Source of the DNA: Octopus vulgaris
Taxonomy: Eukaryota
Direction of reading: 5' to 3'
Length of the DNA: 64,000 nt
NCBI GenBank assembly: GCA_951406725.2
Contig: OX597820.1
Location: 76,198,001 to 76,262,000, forward strand
Shown here: in pieces, positions 55,831 through 64,000 of the stretch
Layout of the letters: each line of letters opens with the position of its first letter
Numbering within the stretch: the first letter of the stretch is position 1
The notes under the pieces: generated by a model
The model's input: the letters and a program-made list of their open reading frames with translations, nothing else
What the model was told of the DNA's origin: nothing
Database searches by the model: none
Program-made: the position numbers and the translations under genes

Positions 55831-55910
55831 ACTGGAGGGTCAACCTGAGAAATGAGCAAGTGTCTCCGCTCTCTCACTCAATAATAATGATGATGATGAT
55901 GATGATGATG

Positions 55911-55959
<49 letters not shown>

Positions 55960-55965
<6 letters not shown>

Positions 55966-57377
55966 AGCAGAAGAAAGTATGGCGATTGGAAGACGGAACT
56001 GACAGCATACGGAAGAAGTTTGGGGACAGTAGAAATTAGGGGGGGGGGCATCATCCAAGGGGCCTATCTGTCCCCACTGATCTTTGTGCTGTGCTTGATA
56101 CTACTGGCACTCATTCTGAGGAAAGCAAAAGCTGGGTATGTATTCAAAACCCGCCAACAAAAAGTCAACCATTTGTTATTCATAGATGACCTCAAAAATC
56201 ATGGTAAAGATAAAACCCAAGTCTATCCCCTCGTTGAGACAGTGTATACTTTCAGTGCTGATATCAGTAGACGAACTAAATAGCTTAGACAGAAAGATAA
56301 GGAAGTTGCTAACTAGACATGGGACACTCCACCCAAAAATTGACTCAGACAGAGTATATGTACCAAGAAAAAGAGGAGGAAGAGGACTTATTGGATGCGA
56401 ACACAGCATTAGAGCAGAAGAAAACAACATAGTATGGTATGTAAAAATACCACAGAACCGCTATTATTAGAAGTAAGAAGATCAGACTTGTGTAGGATGA
56501 AAGATTGCAAAGATAAAGCACTATACAAGCAATTGAAAACGAATGAAACATAAAATAGGTGGGTAAAGAAAAGAATACATAGACAATTTCATAGGGATGT
56601 TGAAGATAAGACAGACAAAGAAAAAAAATGGCTGTGGATAACTAAAAGTGATTGAAAACCGGAAACGAAGGCTCTAATCTGCGCTGCCCAAAACAAGGGC
56701 CAAGAACAAACTTTATAACACACAGAACAGACAACTCATCAGAAAGTGATAAGTTCAGAATCTGTGGATAAAATGGTGAAACCGTATGGCATATTACCAG
56801 CCAATGTACGCCACTAGCCCAGAAGGAATATAAGAGACGCCACGACAATATAGCCAGGCTTGTCCATTGGACACATTGAAACAAGTATGGACTTGACATA
56901 GCAAAAAATTGGTACGACCACAAACCCGAAGGCATCGTCGAAAATAAAAATGCAAAGATCCTATGGGATTTTATGATTCAGTGCGACCATGAGATAGAAA
57001 ATAGGAAGCCAGACATAGTCTTAATTGAGAAAGAACACAAACCATGCTGGATCATAGATATAGCATGCCCAGTTGACAACCAGTTATGCGATATGAAACA
57101 AAGAAAAGTTGAGCGATATAAGAGGTTAGCTTGGGAAGTTAAGCAGTTGTGATGGGTGAAAAAGTTAGCCCTGGAAAACAGTGAGCAAAAATCCTGAGAA
57201 GCACGTGGAACAAATAGGGACTGCAATAAGAGTGGAGCACTGGCAGAAAACAGCACTGCTTGGAACCGTTCGAATACTCCGGAAGGTGCTCGAAAATTAA
57301 GATATGTTAACTTAGTTCACTTGTAGTGAACAGCTGACACCAGAGTACATCTCCAGCATTAGAAGCTGTGCAAAGGC
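55960..57377 (+). mobile_element. R4/Dong-type RLE LINE, 5'-truncated (RT + zinc knuckle + RLE) with (AAT)n tail
   Basis: GIIQGAYLSPLIF, HLLFIDDLK (RT), LHPK.DSDRVYVPRKRGGRGL, RRHDNIARLVHW, ILWDFMIQCDHEIENRKPDIV, QKTALLGTVRILRKVLE. Bounded by (AAT)n at both ends. Confidence 0.9.
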
Positions 57378-57446
<69 letters not shown>

Positions 57447-57451
57447 TATTA

Positions 57452-57523
<72 letters not shown>

Positions 57524-57556
57524 ATTATTATTATTATAATTATTATAATAATAATA

Positions 57557-57612
<56 letters not shown>

Positions 57613-57632
57613 CATTATTATTATTATTATTT
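57378..57632. repeat. (AAT)n directly followed by (ATT)n (inverted microsatellite)
   Basis: Strand switch at aataattattaattatt (~57441-57457). Confidence 0.9.
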
Positions 57633-58302
57633 TATATCGTACATGTACGTGCGTAATGAGAGTAGGTGAGGCCGAAAGCAACAACTCGGCATCAGAATAA
57701 CGAGAGTCTCTTTGTGGTTTATATCACAGCTAGCTAACCAGACAGCTGAAATATAAATAAGAGGCGACTTCACTGAAGATCTGTACACCAAAAGATGATA
57801 GATGTTCCTTTACACACACACATACACACACACATACACACACACACACACACACACGAACTAAATCTAATACTGGCCGAGCCTCTTAAAACAAGGTTTG
57901 TTAAAAGAGTGATGTTGCTTTTAAAACTAGCGTTTCTATTAAAGAAAGTAAAGCTCAAAAGAACATCTGGGATTAGAAATAAATTTTCTGAGAAATGCCG
58001 CTCTGAAAACCAAATTATTCATCCTATGATGTACAAGTTAATCAAAATAAAATTTACTTTTGACAGGATACAAGTCTTCAAGTTTGTAAGCAACTTGTCA
58101 GAAAGGAAAGATGTAAACCGTTCAAAAGGACTCGACATCTTATTTCTACATATTTAGTAAACTCATGGGGATCGGAAGGGAAATGTCGAATATGAAGTAC
58201 TGTACGAGCTGGTGTATAAGGTGTATCCATGTTTTACAAGTATATTTTGTGGAAAAACAAATTTAGTATGTTTCACCAAAGGCGCAGGCTGTGTAGTAAT
58301 AA

Positions 58303-58885
58303 GCGAGTTGGCAGAAATGTTAGCACGCCGGGCGAAATGCTTAGCGGTATTTCGTCTGCCGTTACGTTCTGAGTTCAATTTCTGCCGAGGTCGACTTTGC
58401 TTGTCATCCTTTCGGGGTCGATAAATTAAGTACCAGTTACGCACTGGAGTTGATATAATCGACTTAATCCGTTTGTCCCCTCTGTATGTAGCCTCTTGTG
58501 GGTAGTAAAGAATTAGGTATTTCGTCTGCCGTTACGTTCTGAGTTCAAATTCCGCCGAGGTCGACTTTGCCTTTTATCCTTTCTGGGTCGATAAATTAAG
58601 TACCAGTTACACACTGGAGTCGATATAATCGACTTAATCCGTTTGTCTGTCCTTGTTTGTCCCCTCTGTGTTTAGCCCCTTTTGGGTAGTAAAGAAATAG
58701 GTATTTCGTTTGCCGTTACGTTCTGAGTTCAAACTCCGCCGAGGTCGACTTTGCCTTTCATCCTTTCGAGATCGATAAATTAAGTACCAGTTACGCACTT
58801 GGGTCGATATAATCGACTTAATCCGTTTATCTGTCCTTGTTTGTGCTATCTGTGTATAGCCGCTTGTGAGTAGTAAAGAAATAAG
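58303..58885 (+). mobile_element. SINE family A head-to-tail trimer, inserted into the head of a family B SINE (58281-59280)
   Basis: The unit ggtatttcgtctgccgttacgttctgagttcaa...gggtagtaaagaaata occurs three times. The family B head resumes at 58886 (aagctttcttccc...ggttccgggttcagtccc). Confidence 0.85.
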
Positions 58886-59781
58886 AAGCTTTCTTCCCAG
58901 CGGCATGGTTCCGGGTTCAGTCCCATTGCGTGACACCTTGATTAAGTGTCTTCTACTATAGCCCAAGATCGACCAAAACCTTATGAGTGAATGAAGTAGA
59001 TGGATGGAAACTGAACGAAGACTGTCTTGTATGTGTATATGCACGCGTGTGTATTTGCGCGCATGTGTGCCCGCGCGAGTTCTGTGTTTGTCGCCTAGCA
59101 CCGCTTGACAACCGGTGTTAGTTTGTTTACGTCGCCGTATTCTAGGGTTCGACAAAAGAACTGGAAAAAATAAGTACCAGGCTTTAAAATGTGTCCTGAT
59201 GTCGAATTGTTCGACTAAAACGCTTCAAGACTGTACTCCAGTATGGCCACAATCTAGTGACTGAAGCGAGTACAAGATATTTTGCAGTGGTTTGACTGGA
59301 TAAAATGTATAATTCCGTTCATGAACATACATTATTGCAACAGCAGTCTGGAATAAAGCATAAAGGCATAAATTTATCCTAAACATACTACATTATCGGA
59401 CACCTGTATCTCTTTCTGGTCAACTGCATAATTAATTATATGTTGGTCAAGTGAATTGTCATACTTGAAGCAAAATACGTATTTCTTGTGGTTCTGTTTA
59501 ATGTAACTGTTATTGGTCGCCAAGGCAGCGCACCACTTTCGTTGTTATTCACTCATTGCAAATAACTGGCAGGCATACGAATGTTTGTTAATATATCAGT
59601 CATCTTTCTAGAAGAACTTTCGTCTAGATCATTGGTTCTGAACTATATTTTGCCAGAGTCCCCTCAGATTCTGTTTCTATTCCGATGGACCTCAAAGCCA
59701 TTAGATTTTAAAAAATCCTACATAGACACAAAGATATACATAGATACAGACAGACACACGCGCGCACATCCACACGCATAC

Positions 59782-59840
<59 letters not shown>

Positions 59841-60362
59841 TACATGAGGGGCTTCAACACAATTTCTGTCGACGAAATTCACTCATAAAGTATTGGTCGA
59901 ACCAAGGCTATTGTGGATGACACTTACCCAATGTGTCTCGCAGTGGGACTGAACTCGCAAACACATGATTGCAAATGAGTTTTTTAACCACACTGCAGAA
60001 GGTAATGGCGAACTTCTGCTGACTCTTTCGCCACAACTTTCTCTCACTCCCTCCTCCTGCACCTTGCAGCTCACCTGCGACGGATCGGTGTCCCGTCCAG
60101 GTGGGGAACCTATACACCAAGGAAACCGGGAAACCGGACCTATGAGCCAAGCATGACTTGAGAAGGAACAAACAATAACATAAATATATATCTATATTTA
60201 CTTTCTATATATTCGTTATAACGAAGGTCCTAGGTTAATTATAATCAATATTTGTTTTGAGGGCACGTATATGAGAGAATCTGCTGTGCTGGATATTTTG
60301 AGAATTCCTTTTATTGCGTGTTTCATTCACGCTTGAATTTACATCACCATTCTCCTGTCCAG

Positions 60363-60595
60363 AACAAATTACAGTAAGATGTAAAAATAACACAAGTAGT
60401 ACGAGGGGAATAAGAGAAAGACAGGTGGGCAATGCGAATGATTTACACCAGGTAGAGATACATTCGAATGATGAAGAAAAATTGTGCACAAACACACACA
60501 AAAATGACAATAAAGTTTATAAGCAGCGAATAGTTTGCCGAAACGAGGTAAAGGAAGAGAAGCAGACTGATGTTTCGGATGAACCTTTTATGTGA
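60363..60595 (+). CDS. Candidate terminal coding exon of an unidentified gene (weak)
   Basis: Pyrimidine-rich acceptor ccattctcctgtccag, then a non-repetitive purine-rich open frame QITVRCKNN...DVSDEPFM*, then AATAAA at ~60752. No recognisable homology. Confidence 0.25.
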
Positions 60596-61447
60596 CAATT
60601 TAAAAGAAAAAAAGAAAAGGAAGGATATCTGTATGAAGCATGAATGTATCCTTTTCTGAAAAGAACTGGGTTAGAGGATACTGTCTAAAGCCCTATAAAT
60701 CTGCTTTCTGAAATGAAGCAAATATATAAAACAGTCATGTGAATATTTTAGAATAAATAAGAATTAGTATTCTATTTCTAATTCACGGAACCTATTACCG
60801 CGTAGAGAATAGTGGATGCTACCGGAGAGGATGCTTAAGGAAGCGAAAAATTATTTTTGTGATGATAGTGTCGAAGATGATGACGGTGGTGTTGGTGATA
60901 ACGACGGACGGCAACATGATATGATGATTTCAGTTGCTGCTAGCTGAAGTATTGATAAAATATGGTTATTATGTATTAGTCGAAGTGGTGTCCTCATCTT
61001 GACTGTTGCTTTTAATACATCTTCCTGTGTCCTGCGATTCACATCAGTGCCTTAACTGGGATTGAACTCAAAACTTCTAAGTAACAGCACTGCATTAACC
61101 AGGGACTTTAGCCAGTACATTATGCCCGTAGGCAGTGTCAAAGTGAATTGTTAAGCTTTATAAACCTGCATTGATGTCTTATGTCGGTTCCTTACCGATT
61201 GGATAATGCAGAACTGTAATATGGTTATTGTTGATGAATATGTTTTTTTTTTATCTCTTTGAGGCGAGAAAGCTTCTATAAATTATTGGATGGGTCACCT
61301 CTACATATCGACCAACTACCTGCCTGTGTCATTTAGGATTAACGGGATCAGAGCTGACCTCGAGTCATCATTTAAGCGCATGTAACCGCAATCGATTGCT
61401 TTCCTGCTAGAAAACCCAAACATCAATCAACTATTTCATGTTAACTA

Positions 61448-61462
61448 TTGCTGCTACTGCTG

Positions 61463-61526
<64 letters not shown>

Positions 61527-62140
61527 CATTACTGCTGCTGTTGCTGCACTTCACACTTCCTTTATCACTAGAAACATGAATCATATTACAACCACCATTG
61601 TGGTAATATTCATAATCATACTTACCCTCAGCCTTACCCTCGTTATCTTCGTCATCCTTCTCCTTCTCCTCCTCCTCCTCCTCATCATCATCATCAGCAT
61701 CATCATCATCATCATCACTCTTGCCGTCGTCGTCGTTGTCGCCGTCGACATCATCATCATCATCATCATAATTGTAGTCATCTTCTTCATGATAATCATC
61801 ATCTTCTTCTTTTTCTCTTCTTTTTCTTCTTCTTCTTCTTCTTCTTCTTCTTCTTCTTCTTCTTCTTCTTCTTCTTCTTCTTCCTTCTTCTTTCTCTTCT
61901 TATTATTCTCCTTCTTCTCTTTGTTCTTCTTCCTCCACCTCACCCCCCCCCATTCTCCTCCTCCTCCTCATCATCATCATCATTATCATCATAATCGTAG
62001 TCATCTTCATGATAATCATAATCATCTTCTTCTTTCTCTTCTTCTTCTTTCTCTTCTTCTTCTTCTTCTTCTTCTATTTCCTCTTCTTCCTCCACCTCAC
62101 CACCCCCATCCTCCAACACTACCACCACCACCACCCACCC
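61448..62140. repeat. Compound trinucleotide low-complexity region (CTA/CAT/CTT/CCA)
   Basis: Read directly from the sequence. Confidence 0.9.
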
Positions 62141-62859
62141 ACCTCAGCATCATTATCGTTGCTATTGCGGTGCAGATTTCCAACAGTTATGCGCTAAAAT
62201 CACTTAGATTTCCTGCCCCCGCCCATGCCCACGCCCACACCCCCACACCCACACACCAAACACTATATATGAAATAGATAGATAGGTGAATGTTTTATCA
62301 AATTTATCGCTATGGTTTATTGATGATAATACACGACGCTTCTCATAATGTTATATTGATATATTCCGAAATTTCCTTTGATAATTGACGAACCATTATG
62401 GCCGCCATTGTTACATTCATACTGACAGCGTTTATATCAACCATTGATGGCGACGAAATACAATCGGTTGATTCGTGGATTGATGGTAATTAGAAAGGCA
62501 AACATCGGTTTTAATACAGTAATCATGATGCCGGTTTAGTGCGGTTTATGACAATCATGTGATCTCATAAGCTAGTTATGAAAATGTGAGATGATAAAAT
62601 AAAGGCATGATTTTAAAGGTTATGCAAAGAGTGGCATGTACACGCATGCGCACATACACACATGCGCACTTGCACACGCGTACGCATACGCAGATATTCT
62701 CTCTCTCTCTCTCTCTCTCGCACACACACACATACACATGCACACACACAGAAATACATACACACACATACACGCATGCACAAGCATATATCCAGGTCGG
62801 ATGAAACGTGTTAAGAATGAATACACGCATCGTCAGAGGCGTGCGTTGGTATGCGGGTG

Positions 62860-62901
<42 letters not shown>

Positions 62902-62960
62902 CGCCTCCAACACCACTGTCACAACTACCACCAACAACAGCTAATACCACCACAACTACC

Positions 62961-63001
<41 letters not shown>

Positions 63002-63321
63002 CGCCACAAACACTACCAACAATAACACAACTACAAACTCCATCATCACCACAACTACCACCACCGCCACTACTACTACTACTACTACCGCCACCAACAA
63101 CAATACAACTACAGCCTCCATCATCACCACTACTACTAATAATACTACTACTCTGATCTCCCTACTACTACAACCACCACCATTACTACTAGTGGTACGA
63201 ACACGCACATGCATTCTCACACACACACACGTCCAAGTCTATTGGAACGTGTTAAATATCAATTCCTCGCAACATTATATGCGCGTGTGTGTGTGTACGT
63301 GCGTGTGAGTAAGCATGCGTA

Positions 63322-63380
<59 letters not shown>

Positions 63381-64000
63381 ACATACACAGGCACACACCG
63401 ATTCTCTTTCATGTCAGATCTCAGCACGTATGATTATGTTCACTTTGACGATTCTATCCGTGCAACACATATTGTTGACAATTACTGAAGCACATGGCAA
63501 TGACTGGGATATTTACGTGGACGCTCGATCTGCTAAAAAGAACAACCACATCTCCCTCAAGACATAACCATCTACCATTTAAAAAGGGGACGTTTGTTAC
63601 ATTCGATATTGCAATATCAGCCGAACCATGTGTAAAAATATAGGAATGGCACAGATAGAATTGGTTTAATCAGCATCAACAATATTCGAGTGTATGAGAC
63701 ATTTTGCCGGAGCCGCTTTGGTGCCGCTGATTCAGTGCAGACTTATTTGTGTGTGTTTATGTATGTGTGTGTGTATGTGTGTGTAAGTGCGTATACGATA
63801 CACTTTTCAAGAGTAAACATCCAGCCTGAGTAATTGTCTAATCTTTATTTATGTCCTTCATTTGTTTCAGTCATTGAAGTACGGCCATGCTGGGGCACCG
63901 CCTTCAAGAATTTTAGTCGAACAAATCGACCCCGACCCCGCTACTTACTTTTGATTTTCTTTAATGCCCGGCACTTATTCCATCAGTCTCATTGCCCCGT

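Noticed and set aside
58303-58885. Regularly spaced repeats superficially like a CRISPR array
   Set aside because: The units are contiguous ~180-bp SINE copies without unique spacers, the context is eukaryotic and there are no cas genes.

Overview
Repeat-dense, AT-rich eukaryotic DNA, either intronic or intergenic. The SINE families and extreme microsatellite load suggest a coleoid cephalopod, most likely Octopus (an inference, not a database result). I found no intact host gene, and almost all ORFs in the supplied track are microsatellite translations. Contents: many tRNA-derived SINEs of at least three families, some as head-to-tail multimers; relics of R4/Dong-type RLE LINEs sitting in (TAA)n tracts; CR1-like and CRE-like LINE fragments; an internally deleted Helitron with both termini and a PIF1 helicase relic; a full-length decayed Tc1/mariner DD41D element; hAT and piggyBac transposase relics; and several MITEs. 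The most notable signal is a set of minimal type I hammerhead ribozymes from three unrelated sequence families (3715-3794, 4492-4550/4635-4693, 17554-17619). All lie in short non-coding elements next to (TA)n tracts, and two show the inverted and/or partial-tandem layout of Penelope-like elements or retrozymes. In the 17 kb element the inverted copy starts exactly at the predicted self-cleavage site. The window also holds several local inverted duplications with dsRNA-forming potential and a small tandem array of overlapping kappaB-like and STAT-like motifs. All coordinates were read by eye and may be off by a few bases.
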